Made by a program: the position numbers and the translations under genes
Source of the DNA: Schmidtea polychroa
Lineage: Eukaryota
Length of the DNA: 64,000 nt
Assembly (NCBI GenBank): GCA_044892525.1
Contig: CM097885.1
Location: 235,912,001 to 235,976,000 of the forward strand
Reading direction: 5' to 3'
Part shown: positions 33,800-56,086 of the stretch, in pieces
Layout of the letters: each line of letters opens with the position of its first letter
Position numbering within the stretch: position 1 is the stretch's first letter
The notes under the pieces: model-generated
Databases searched by the model: none
What the model was told of the DNA's origin: nothing
Seen by the model: only the letters and a program-made list of their open reading frames with translations

Positions 33800-34400
33800 G
33801 TTCTCCAGCTTCAATTTTGATAACATTTCACTTTATTCCACTTTACCATAAAACATAAGTCTAATGGTTTAGCAGAACGGGTAATACGTACGGTTCGTGA
33901 TATGATCGTGACATTTTTGAGTGATGGTCGAACTGGAGGGTGTTAAGACAACATTATGCCAAAAATTGAATATTCTCTAAACTCAACAACAAAGAATTCT
34001 ACGGGATTTTCGCCCATGGAAATAATATTTTGAAGAAAGGTTAATACATGGATGAATTAATTTATAGATCTTAATCGAGAAGAAGTATTATTGATAGCAC
34101 AGAATAATATTATGGTAGAGCAGATAAAATGAAATCAAGGGATAGAGATAAGAAAAGTCATCGGCATTTTGAGGTGGATCAAAAAGTTCTTGGTAAAAAT
34201 GGATCCACACAAGAGATCAAAACATGGTATTTGTTCGAAGGTCCCGTAAAGATTCTTGGTTTTCCACCCGAACACCAAGTTGAACTAGAATATCCAGATG
34301 GGAAAAGATGCAGAAGAATTAACTGGCTGAAAAAGTATCACAGTTTTTAATGAAGGGGAGAGTGACGATATTTAGACTGTCATTTTGTTGTAATATTCTG
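33800..34400 (+). mobile_element. Gypsy-type LTR retrotransposon remnant (integrase C-terminus, PPT, LTR start)
   Basis: KSNGLAERVIRTVRDMI, PKIEYSLNSTT, STGFSPMEII and FEGP with stops; PPT GAAGGGGAGAG followed by TG at ~34363. Confidence 0.7.
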
Positions 34401-34836
34401 ATTTTGTATCCAATATATTATATGGAAAAACGTGTTAGATTTAATGAATATTAATGGAAACTTTACTATTCATATTTTCAATTTAACTTAATATGAACGC
34501 AAAGTTTTAAATTAGAAATTTAATTTAACTATAATGAGGAATAGTAGTGACATTAGATTTTTTTCTCATTTAAATTATGAATAAAATGACTCAACTCTCT
34601 GTTTTTTGTATTATAAATGATATTAAGTTTAAAATTTTATTTAAATAAAATAGCAAACAATCATATTTCTTGATGTAGTAGTTCTTACTTGAAAATTTTC
34701 ACACTAAAATTGATTAAAAAACCTTTGTTTTAATGGTTTCGGCATAATATAATGTGAAAATTTAAATAAAATGACTATTTATAATTCATTATTTCTATTT
34801 TTATTCTTACTCAATTGTTATTCGCTTTCAGGCAAA

Positions 34837-47073
<12,237 letters not shown>

Positions 47074-47199
47074 TTGTTTGGTTTTTTAAGTGATTTTATG
47101 CAATTTTTGAATGATTTTACTTTCACAATGTTTATAATAAATTTTATTCTCAATGTTCTGACTTTTAATTTAATTGGAATATTTTCATTATATAAGTAG

Positions 47200-47500
47200 C
47201 TAGATTGGTTCTCAATTAATATAAAAGCGCGGAAAAACATTCACATGATTTTTTTACGCGGAAAACTGACAAAAAAATACATGCCCACAATGAGTGACCA
47301 ATCACAAATTACTAACGTAAACGTAAAAAATACCTTATAAGCAAAGCAAATACCACGCGCAACAATACACCTAACCGCGAAAGTTAACATTGTCTATAAT
47401 ATACGTTGGTGTGCACACCACCTGAGGTGAGTGACCAATTATATGACAATGTTAACTTAATTTCATTTTTTCAATATTTCAAAAATCGTTTTAAGGTAAG
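47200..47500 (+). promoter_or_regulatory. Putative host promoter with E2F-like and CCAAT boxes
   Basis: CpG-containing island with GCGCGGAAAA (47227), ACGCGGAAAA (47256), CCAAT at ~47203 (rev), 47298 and 47435, and a GTAAGT donor at 47496. Confidence 0.4.
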
Positions 47501-48658
47501 TTTGAATTGAAGTAATTTTTAGGACTTGAATTTTGATTTTATATAATTATGAGATCATTATTCAAGTTCTTAAATATTACTGTTAGTCATCATTTATAAT
47601 ATTGATAATATATAACATTGATAATTAAATTTCAGGTGTTTTTTTAGGAATTTTATGGTATTTTATTTGGATTTATTTGGATTTATTTCGTAAAAATGTA
47701 AGTTAGATATTTTTCTAATTATAAATAAGTAAAGTAATCACCAAACATTTATTTTTTAAAGACATTTAGTAAAGAATGGATAAAATATTTTTTAAGTTTA
47801 TGTAATCTTCTTTCGAATTTTGTCTATTTCTGTAATTCTATGAAAATATTAATTTGTTAAAATAATTTATTAAAATTTACGATTTGCGATTTTTTTCCTG
47901 CAAATTCAAAGATGTCGAAGGATCTTCTTCAATATCTGTAAATCTAAAGAAATTTTATATTCTAAATTATTTTATAATTAAAGTAGTGAGGAATCTATGC
48001 ACCCCAGCACCCCCACCCTCATAAAAAACAGCGCTATTGACCCATATTTTCCACATTTATATGCTTTTTTACCCCATATTCTTCACTTTTTTTAACTTTT
48101 AAACTTTGTCCCCTATTGCCATTAACCCTTAATTTCTTCCCTTAAAAGTAAAAAAGTTCGGAATAGATGTATTTATAGATTAGTAATTCCGAGAAAAGGT
48201 AACGGGGTGCATAGATTCCTCACTACTTGGTCTTAAGGATTTAATGTTATAAGGATTTAATGTTATAAGAATATCAGATTACCTAATTCATAATGATCTA
48301 GGTCGCCTGATCACCTTAAGGTTTTGAAAGTTTTAAAAATAAAAAATTTTATGAAAATAGTAAAACTGCTCTGAGGGGACAGTGGTATTTTTTTTTTTTT
48401 CACTGTCCCCTCAACAGTTTTTTTTGATCCGGATCATTTTTCTTTTATTTATCAACCTCTTTCGTTTATCAAATCTCTTCCAATATACAAGCTGGCCAGA
48501 CTCATACATCAGAATCAATTCGATAATAGCAGCACACCTTATTATTCGCTTCTCGCTCGAATACGATTTCAACGGCGTTTTAAGCGTGCTGCTCGAAAGT
48601 TCAAATGAATTCGAAAGCGAATCCGAAAGAGGTCCGAAAACAACCAAGAAATAAATGT

Positions 48659-48729
48659 GCACATTACCGGGATCGATCCGGGGGTGTTCGAAAGACAGGT
48701 GGCGATAATTACCGGTTCGCCACCATCAC
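48659..48729 (-). ncRNA. tRNA-like Pol III unit A
   Basis: A box TGGCGAACCGG (48722-48712), B box GGATCGATCCC (48679-48669); GGTGGCGA/TCGCCACC and CCGG/CCGG stems. Confidence 0.5.
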
Positions 48730-48898
48730 CCGTTTCAATATTTTTTTTTTCATATTTATGTTTAAAAAATAATTAATTAATAAAAAAATAAAATAAATAA
48801 AATAAAATATACAAGTACTTTATAAATATAAGATACCCACACTATTTTCAATATTATTTTCAAATTTTTAATATTATTTTATGTTGAAAAAAAAACTA

Positions 48899-48970
48899 AC
48901 CTCAGATGTGATTTGAACCACTATCCATTTGAACCACTGTGCCAGTCTATTCCCACTGCGCCATCAAGGT
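48899..48970 (-). ncRNA. tRNA-like Pol III unit B (72 nt)
   Basis: A box TGGCGCAGTGG, B box GGTTCAAATCA 44 nt downstream, acceptor stem ACCTTGA/CTGAGGT (6/7 pairs incl. G-U), T9 terminator 3 nt later. Confidence 0.6.
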
Positions 48971-49217
48971 TTGAATTTTTCTCATTTTTTAGACTATAAA
49001 TAATCGATTCAAGTTCTTTAACTCTTTCCTGTAATTGTTTCATTTTCTTCAATCTTATATCAGCAACATCTACAGCCTTCATATAAAAATGTCGATACTT
49101 TTCATTATCTACCATCAACTCTTTGATGTATTCTAATGGTTCTTCTTCTCTTCTTTTCATTCTCTTATGTTTAACTTCATTCAATTCATTTCTCATTCTT
49201 TCTTTTAACTCATCCAT
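48921..49217 (-). CDS. 98-aa coiled-coil hypothetical protein
   Basis: TAAAAATG start, heptad LQERVKELESIIYSL; the 3' end runs through tRNA-like unit B. Confidence 0.55.
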   Translation of the reverse strand: MDELKERMRNELNEVKHKRMKRREEEPLEYIKELMVDNEKYRHFYMKAVDVADIRLKKMKQLQERVKELESIIYSLKNEKNSNLDGAVGIDWHSGSNG

Positions 49218-49382
49218 TTTTATAAATATTTTTTTATTGGATATATTAATTTTTGGTAGTTAAAACGTTTTTGATCTTAAATTTCCAAGAGTTGCCGTTG
49301 ACCAATCACCTTAAAAATTTGTAAAAGTACTAAATCGAGTATGCTGATCAATATTTTGTTTAAAAAAAAATTTGAAAAAAAA

Positions 49383-49434
49383 TTGACCGAAATGGGATTG
49401 CAGTCGAGTGCTATTACCACTAAGCTATACTCAA
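49383..49434 (-). ncRNA. tRNA-Cys-like truncated unit C (T-arm missing)
   Basis: GAGTATAGCTTAGTGGTAATAGCACTCGACTGCAAT resembles the 5' half of eukaryotic tRNA-Cys(GCA); TTGA/TCAA ends; T8 terminator. Confidence 0.5.
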
Positions 49435-49597
49435 TATAAAATAAGTTGTTAATGTGTGACTATTTATTGATGAAATTAATAATTAATTATTCATTTTCTT
49501 GACAACTACCACTCAGATCGATCTGAAAATTTAAATATATACTAAAATCAGTACGCTGAATCAGATTCCGTTGAAAAAAAAATATCGAAAAAAATTG

Positions 49598-49669
49598 ACC
49601 AAAATCGAAAATTGAACCCGGTACTCCCGGTGATTAAATTGAAGCCTATTCCCACTCCGCTATAATGGC
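49598..49669 (-). ncRNA. tRNA-like Pol III unit D (72 nt)
   Basis: A box TAGCGGAGTGG, B box GGTTCAATTTT 44 nt downstream, GCCA/TGGT acceptor pairing, oligo-T terminator. Confidence 0.55.
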
Positions 49670-49725
49670 TTACATAATATATTTAATTAATCCTATTTTG
49701 TGTGTGTAAATTTTAATATATAAAA

Positions 49726-51016
49726 ATGAATAACATAAATCTTAAAATTCAAGAAAAAAATAAATTAAATCTTGATTATAATAAAGAATTTACTCATGAA
49801 ATTAAAAAAAATGATATTTTAAAAATCTCTCCAACTTCAGGATCTATTGCAAACTTAAATCGTAGGGGTGATATAGTTTTTCAATCTCTTCAAACATCAA
49901 ACCCTATAGATATTTGTAATGCCAAATTATATTATAAAATCGAATTAGAAATTGAAGCAAACAAAGATATAACCCTAGAAAATAATTTCTTTCCAAATTT
50001 ATTCTCCAACATGAGATTAAAACTAGGATCATCAGAAATTGAAACTGTTTTGCATCCGGGAGTATATTCTACAATGTTAAATTTTATTTTGACTGGTTGT
50101 GATTATAAAAACGAATATGGTGAATTAACAGGTTGGATTCCTGATGTTAATAAAGGGGATTTAGATAAAGATGGTTTAGATGTAAACCATGGTTACCATA
50201 AAAGAGCTGAACTTTATAAATCTAAAAAATTTGAAGGTTATTTTGAATTAAAAAACTTGTTTGGATTCCTTCAAAACTATAATCGTATACTTCATAATGT
50301 TTTTATAGAATTCATCTGTAATAGAGTAGAAGGTGATAAAAGATTGTTCTATGGAGCTGTAGATACAAAAGCTAAATTAAAATTATCAACACTTGAATTA
50401 CATATACCTGAATGGACATTAAACCCAAATTCTGAGATTAAACTCCTTGAAAGATTAAATTCCAACAAGTCTATAAATGTAAATTATTTAAATAGAATCT
50501 GTAGTGAATTTAGTATGACAGAGGGTTCAACATATTCTATAAAGGTAGAAAATTTAGCATACCGACCAAGATATATCTTGATTGGATTCAAAGAAAAAGA
50601 TTCATCTTTCCAAAAAATAACAATCTATTTATTCAAAAGATTGGAGATGATAATTTAAAAACAATACAAATTCAATTAAATAGTTCTTATTATCCAATAA
50701 ATAGAATGGAATTTAATATTGAAAATAATGAAAACATATTCCCATATCTAAATTATATTGAAACATGTTATGATTTCAAAGTTGAACCGCAATTAGGTTT
50801 AGAAGATTTCAAAAATTTATATTCTATATTTTGTATAAATGTTTCAGACCAAGATGATCGCCTAGCCATAAATAATGTTGATGTTACACTTCATGTAACA
50901 AAGGATTCTAATTTAAAGCTAAAGTATATACATTAATATTAGAAGAAAAGAAAATAGAAATGAAATTATATGGTAAAAAGATTTCAATAATCGAAAATGT
51001 TAGGGGAGATTCTTGA
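49726..51016 (+). pseudogene. Major capsid protein of element 2, two frameshifts
   Basis: NNFFPNLFS, LFGFLQNY, RPRYILIGF, YYP and YSIFCINVS. Frameshifts in the A-run at ~50615 and at ~50928 restore one frame ending ...NVRGDS*. Confidence 0.8.
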
Positions 51017-51045
51017 TATAATCCCTGATATTTTAACATTTTAAA

Positions 51046-52455
51046 ATGTCTCTAAATAAATATTGGAGATGTGAAACTTGTAATTGTCAAGTTACAAGAC
51101 ATCATAAAGCAAGCCATCTTAAAACTAAAAAACATACAGGAGGTGACCTAATTCCACGAGCTGGAGGCGATTTGCAATCTTCAAAAACAACATCTTCAAT
51201 ATTAAAACCTTTTACTACAGAAAAATATCCAGGTGAAAGACATTTATTTAAACACAACTATACTGGACCAGGAACACGTCTAGATATTAGATTAGATGAA
51301 AATAATAATCCCAAACAAGGAGAAGAACCAATAAATAGAATTGATCAAGCAGCTTTAAAACATGACATTGCATACAATTCAACAAATCTTAGAGATAGAC
51401 ATGTTGCAGATGTGAATTTAATACATGATTTAAATAGTATCCAAAATCCATCAACCCAAGAAAAGATTCAAAGAGCTCTAGTTAAATTAGCAATGAAAGG
51501 TAAGATTTTCATAGGCTTAGGACACAGTCCGATCACCATGGGTGCAAGACTTCCTAGGAAAGCAAAAGATGTTGCTTATAAAAAGATTATCGAACAAGCA
51601 GAGATTGAAAGATCCCTCGAGAGTACAGCCAAGACTAGTTTACAAACCCCAACAGAATCAGAAATAAAATATGCAAAGGAATTACACCATGAATTTAGAA
51701 AAAATAAAAAATATTTAAAAGTTCAAGTACATGAAAAAGATCAAACATGGTCTGCAGATTTAGTCTTTATGCCCAAATCATCAGACCCTGAAAAATATAA
51801 AATAATTTTAACTGTAATAGATTTATATACAAGATTTGCTTTTGCAAGATGTTTAGAAAATAAAACAGGATATTCTATTACAGAAGCATTTGAAAATATA
51901 TTTGAAGATAATCAAAGAATCCCAAAATATTTATGGTGTGATAAAGGAACAGAATTTTATAACAAAGTTTTTACAAAGTTTTTAAATGAAAATGATATTA
52001 AATTATATTCAACAGAAAACGAAGGAAAAGCATTCGTAGTTGAAAGATTAAATAGAACATTAAAAAATAAAATGTGGAAATATTTTACTGCTATTGGAAA
52101 ACAAAAATGGAACAATGAATTGTTACAAAAGATTGTAAATGAATATAATAATGATGTACATAGTTCTATAAAATCAACACCTTTAAATGCTTCCATGAAG
52201 CCTGAAACCATTAAAGTGGTAAATATTGAAAATGATGTTATTGAAAAACCAAAGTTTAAAATTGGTGACCGAGTAAGAATATTTAAATATAAAAATAAAT
52301 TTGAAAAAGGATTCACAGCAAAATGGACAAATGAAATTTTTATTATAAATAAAATACATTATACAACTCCAATAACATATAGCATCTTTGATTTAAATAA
52401 TGAAAAAATATTAGGTAGATTTTATAATAATGAACTACAGAAAACAGATTTTTAA
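51046..52455 (+). CDS. Zn-finger / parvovirus-type PLA2 / rve integrase fusion
   Basis: CETC...HLKTKKH; HNYTGPGT...IDQAALKHDIAY...RHVAD (PLA2); WSADL, WCDKGTEF and VERLNRTL (DDE). Confidence 0.92.
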   Translation: MSLNKYWRCETCNCQVTRHHKASHLKTKKHTGGDLIPRAGGDLQSSKTTSSILKPFTTEKYPGERHLFKHNYTGPGTRLDIRLDENNNPKQGEEPINRIDQAALKHDIAYNSTNLRDRHVADVNLIHDLNSIQNPSTQEKIQRALVKLAMKGKIFIGLGHSPITMGARLPRKAKDVAYKKIIEQAEIERSLESTAKTSLQTPTESEIKYAKELHHEFRKNKKYLKVQVHEKDQTWSADLVFMPKSSDPEKYKIILTVIDLYTRFAFARCLENKTGYSITEAFENIFEDNQRIPKYLWCDKGTEFYNKVFTKFLNENDIKLYSTENEGKAFVVERLNRTLKNKMWKYFTAIGKQKWNNELLQKIVNEYNNDVHSSIKSTPLNASMKPETIKVVNIENDVIEKPKFKIGDRVRIFKYKNKFEKGFTAKWTNEIFIINKIHYTTPITYSIFDLNNEKILGRFYNNELQKTDF

Positions 52456-52466
52456 GTCGACAAGCC

Positions 52467-53273
52467 CTAAAACAAACTTTTCCATATTTCAGCTTCTTCT
52501 CTATCCAAATAAATATAATTATATTTTTCTTTCCAATGATTATCAACAAACATATCAAACATATTCTTATCAGGTTCAACATTTGAAAATAAATCATTAT
52601 AAATCATATTCTTATCACGGCGATCTAATTTAAAAAATATAAAACAATTGGAATTATTTCTTATTGAATTTTTATCTAAAGCATAATATGTTTGAGATAT
52701 ATAAATAACATTACAATTATTATGTCGACCTCGTGTAAAGTAACTCTTTTGAATCTCTTGATTTTTCATATTAACAACATCATCAAATATAACTAGATTC
52801 TTTTTATCTTTAGGAAGTAAATCACAATGTAAAACATCTTCAGGTTTATTAGAGAATAAAACTTGAATTGCCTCCTGCCCTTCTTCACAAATATAATCAT
52901 TTTTATTACTAATATCTGATTCTAAAATCTTTTCCTTATACCAATCAACCATATCACAAGGTTGAAAAACTTCTTCAGGACACCTATGTTGATTTTTAAA
53001 AATATCAATTATTGCTTTTTTAGTTAATTTATTTTCAAATCCACATTTCAAAAGTTGTAATTCTGGTTGATTTATGGTTGTAGAATAAAAGATTAAATTA
53101 TTATAATCTAAAAAATCATCTTCAAGTAACATTCTCAAAACAAGTACATTCTTTCCACATCCAGAAGAACCAACAATTAATAATCTAAAATTATCAGGAA
53201 ATACTTTATTATTAAATTTACTCTTATGTCTATTTAAAATTGGTTTCCAAATTATTGGACTTCGTACATCCAT
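52467..53273 (-). CDS. Packaging ATPase of element 2
   Basis: GSSGCGKN (Walker A, Asn at the T/S position), LVIFDD, YFTRGRH, ISQTY, IRNN. Confidence 0.9.
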   Translation of the reverse strand: MDVRSPIIWKPILNRHKSKFNNKVFPDNFRLLIVGSSGCGKNVLVLRMLLEDDFLDYNNLIFYSTTINQPELQLLKCGFENKLTKKAIIDIFKNQHRCPEEVFQPCDMVDWYKEKILESDISNKNDYICEEGQEAIQVLFSNKPEDVLHCDLLPKDKKNLVIFDDVVNMKNQEIQKSYFTRGRHNNCNVIYISQTYYALDKNSIRNNSNCFIFFKLDRRDKNMIYNDLFSNVEPDKNMFDMFVDNHWKEKYNYIYLDREEAEIWKSLF

Positions 53274-53288
53274 TTTGTTTATTATAAA

Positions 53289-53858
53289 ATGACAACTGAA
53301 GAATCTTTGCAAGAATTAATAAATTCAAATAAAAATAAATCAGTAGTAATTGATGGTAAAAAATATTTTATTGGAAAACATGTAAAAGAACAAGTTAGAG
53401 CGAAGATTAAAGAAGGTGGCATTCTTCCATTAGCTGCTTTAATACCTGCAATCATTGCTGGTTTATCAGGTGCTGCTGGAATAGCTGGAGGAATTGCAAC
53501 TACAGTTCAAAAAGCTAAAGAATCTCAAAAGACAGACCTAGAAAAAGAAAAACTACAAACTGAAATCGATTCAATGAAGAAGGTAGGGCAAGCTAAAGGG
53601 GGAGTGTCCGTTGGAAAGGGTCTCTATCTTAATCCATATGAGGGGAGTCGGCAAAAGTCTCAGGGCAAAGGTCTCTATCTTGATCCTTATAAAGGTAGAG
53701 GTTTAAATGATTTTTTAAAAAATCAAATTTCTACATCTGAATCTTTATCTTCAAAAGATAAAGAAGATTTAAAAAAAATATGTAAATCTTTAAAGAATGG
53801 ATGCCTTTGTAAAACTAAAAATGGTAAAGGATTATACTTGAAGCCCTTCGAACTATGA
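53289..53858 (+). CDS. Virion core/pX-like protein
   Basis: KEGG|ILPLAALIPAIIAGL hydrophobic peptide and repeated GKGLYL.P cleavage-like motifs. Confidence 0.75.
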   Translation: MTTEESLQELINSNKNKSVVIDGKKYFIGKHVKEQVRAKIKEGGILPLAALIPAIIAGLSGAAGIAGGIATTVQKAKESQKTDLEKEKLQTEIDSMKKVGQAKGGVSVGKGLYLNPYEGSRQKSQGKGLYLDPYKGRGLNDFLKNQISTSESLSSKDKEDLKKICKSLKNGCLCKTKNGKGLYLKPFEL

Positions 53859-53880
53859 TACCATTTTTGATACCATTAAA

Positions 53881-54762
53881 ATGGTATATGAAGAAAGATT
53901 AGCACTTTTAAAAAAATTACAATCAGAACAAGATAAATATAATAAAAAAGATACAACTCAACATGCTGAATCTATAATATTAAATGAGGTAATAACACAA
54001 CAACAGGGGCCAACAATTAAAGCTATAAAAGAGTTGGAAGATTTCAATGAGCAAGCAAAATTTAAAGAGTTAGAAGATAAAAAACAAAAAATAAAAGAAC
54101 TAGAGTGGCAGGATAAAGAAAAAGAATCCAGTGAAAACCATCCTGAAAGAAATCAAAGAAAACGCAGAAGAATTTCTAATGTGGAAGAAGAAGAAATGTT
54201 TTTAAAAACAAAACCTCTTAAAGTTGATCCTAAAATTAGAGATGATTTACCTCCTTCAATTAGACCCACATTTAATACTAATACTGAAGGATATCAAATA
54301 ATAACAATTAATAAACAAAACTTTACTTTATATTCAAATTCAGAAAATAAATCACGTATTCATTCACAAAATGTTTATAATAATGAATATTTAGACTATG
54401 AATTTACAGATGATTTTTATAGATTACTTTGTGGATATTCTTCAGATGATGTTGAAGAAATTAAAAAATATTTAAATTTAATAAGATTAATAAGAGCTAG
54501 TTCTAAAGCAAAATATATTCAAGATTTAAAGAATTATTTAAATAAAAATGAAAAGGGTTATGTTGTTACAGAGGGAGAGGGATTAATTAGTGAAGGTGGT
54601 AAACCAAATCCCATCAATCTTTTTATTGAATTAAGAAAACTATTAGCTGCAAGGAAAGCAGGACATAATAATTTAGATTCTGATATTTTAAAGATTTCTA
54701 AAGATTTGTTAAAACAAGGAATAATTTCAAAAGATAAATTTAATAAGTATACGAAGTTATAA
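53881..54762 (+). CDS. Polinton hypothetical protein
   Basis: 293-aa ORF; NLS-like RKRRR, GEGL and C-terminal LLAARKAGHNN. Confidence 0.7.
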   Translation: MVYEERLALLKKLQSEQDKYNKKDTTQHAESIILNEVITQQQGPTIKAIKELEDFNEQAKFKELEDKKQKIKELEWQDKEKESSENHPERNQRKRRRISNVEEEEMFLKTKPLKVDPKIRDDLPPSIRPTFNTNTEGYQIITINKQNFTLYSNSENKSRIHSQNVYNNEYLDYEFTDDFYRLLCGYSSDDVEEIKKYLNLIRLIRASSKAKYIQDLKNYLNKNEKGYVVTEGEGLISEGGKPNPINLFIELRKLLAARKAGHNNLDSDILKISKDLLKQGIISKDKFNKYTKL

Positions 54763-54784
54763 ATACGAAGTTTTAAAATACAAA

Positions 54785-55249
54785 ATGACTCCTTCAATAT
54801 TAGATTTTTTAAAAACATTTGGAATAAATGCAAAAACAAATTTTGATTTAAAAGATTATGCAAATTATTTAAATTTAAAAATTAAAATATTAATGAATGA
54901 TGAATTATCAAGTCTGGAGAGTCCCCTGAATATAATAATCAATTATCAAAATTCAAATGAAAAAGGATCTCATTGGGTTTGTATATATAAGAAATCTATC
55001 TACTTTGATTCTTTTGGGATTAAACCTACTAAAGAAGTTGAAGATTATCTCTTGAGGGGTTCTCCGATTGATTCCCCAAATGGTTATACTTTTAACTCTT
55101 TACAAGTTCAACCTTTGAATACTAAAATATGTGGTATTTTAAGTTTATATGTTTTGTATAGATTGAATAAGGGAGAGGGAAAGGGGCATACGCAGGATTT
55201 TGAATCTATAATTCAAGAAATTTATAATGATCTAGAATCTCTACTATAA
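54785..55249 (+). CDS. Adenain-like cysteine protease
   Basis: GSHWV, YFDSFG, VQ, ICG. Confidence 0.92.
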   Translation: MTPSILDFLKTFGINAKTNFDLKDYANYLNLKIKILMNDELSSLESPLNIIINYQNSNEKGSHWVCIYKKSIYFDSFGIKPTKEVEDYLLRGSPIDSPNGYTFNSLQVQPLNTKICGILSLYVLYRLNKGEGKGHTQDFESIIQEIYNDLESLL

Positions 55250-55297
55250 GGATTTTTACTATAAGAATTTTTACTATATGAATTTACTACTAAAGAA

Positions 55298-56062
55298 ATG
55301 GAGCTTCACAACCCTCCGGAAGATAATTTAAAAAAAATGGTAAACATAATGTCAGATAAATATTCAAGAACTTTATCTATAAATTCAAAAGAATCAGACT
55401 TTACTATAAACTTTCAAGATTCAATTAAATTAGATCAAAATTTAAATTATGAATTGGGGCTATTATGGTTTTGTGCTTATAATACTATTTTTAATATAAC
55501 TAAAGATAATAATAAATTTACTATTCAAACTCGTGATGGGCATAAACCAGAAATTATAACAATAGAACCTGGGGCATATGAGATAAAAGATTTAAATGAT
55601 ATACTTTCTAAAAAAACAAATGAAGGTATTAAAATTAAAATGGATATACCAACTTCAAAATGTGTAATGACTTTGAAGAATATAAAAATTAGTTTTTTAG
55701 ATAATTGTTTCTTTCACACAGTTTTAGGATTTAAACCTATGGATATAACAATAAAAGAAGATAAAATAATAACATCAGAACATATTATAAAAATAATAAA
55801 TACAAACACAATAAATATTCATTGCGATTGTATAACAGGTTCTTATAATAATGGTAAACAAACAAATGTTTTATATTCCTTTCCCTCAAACACAGTTCCT
55901 ATGGGATATAAAATAGTTGAAAGAATGAATCCTCCAAATTATTTACCTTTATGTAGAAAATATATAATGGATATTAATTTTAAAATTCTTAATCAAGAAG
56001 GAGAATTGATTGATTTTAATGGAGAAGAGATTTCAATGTATTTACATTTGAAACAGGTTTGA
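55298..56062 (+). CDS. Minor capsid protein (penton) of element 2
   Basis: YNTIFNI, PGAYEIKDLN, LGF, IHCDCITGSY, LYSF, P.YLPL, NQEGELIDFNGE. Confidence 0.85.
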   Translation: MELHNPPEDNLKKMVNIMSDKYSRTLSINSKESDFTINFQDSIKLDQNLNYELGLLWFCAYNTIFNITKDNNKFTIQTRDGHKPEIITIEPGAYEIKDLNDILSKKTNEGIKIKMDIPTSKCVMTLKNIKISFLDNCFFHTVLGFKPMDITIKEDKIITSEHIIKIINTNTINIHCDCITGSYNNGKQTNVLYSFPSNTVPMGYKIVERMNPPNYLPLCRKYIMDINFKILNQEGELIDFNGEEISMYLHLKQV

Positions 56063-56086
56063 AGATTCATTTTAAATTATTAATAA

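Noticed and set aside
48455..48515. Hammerhead-like CTGATG...CGAAA on the minus strand
   Set aside because: The core reads CTGATGTATGAG rather than CUGANGA, and I could not form the three stems.
48659..49669. Calling the units functional decoding tRNAs
   Set aside because: Anticodon stems do not pair or the T-arm is missing; they are reported as tRNA-like ncRNA candidates only.
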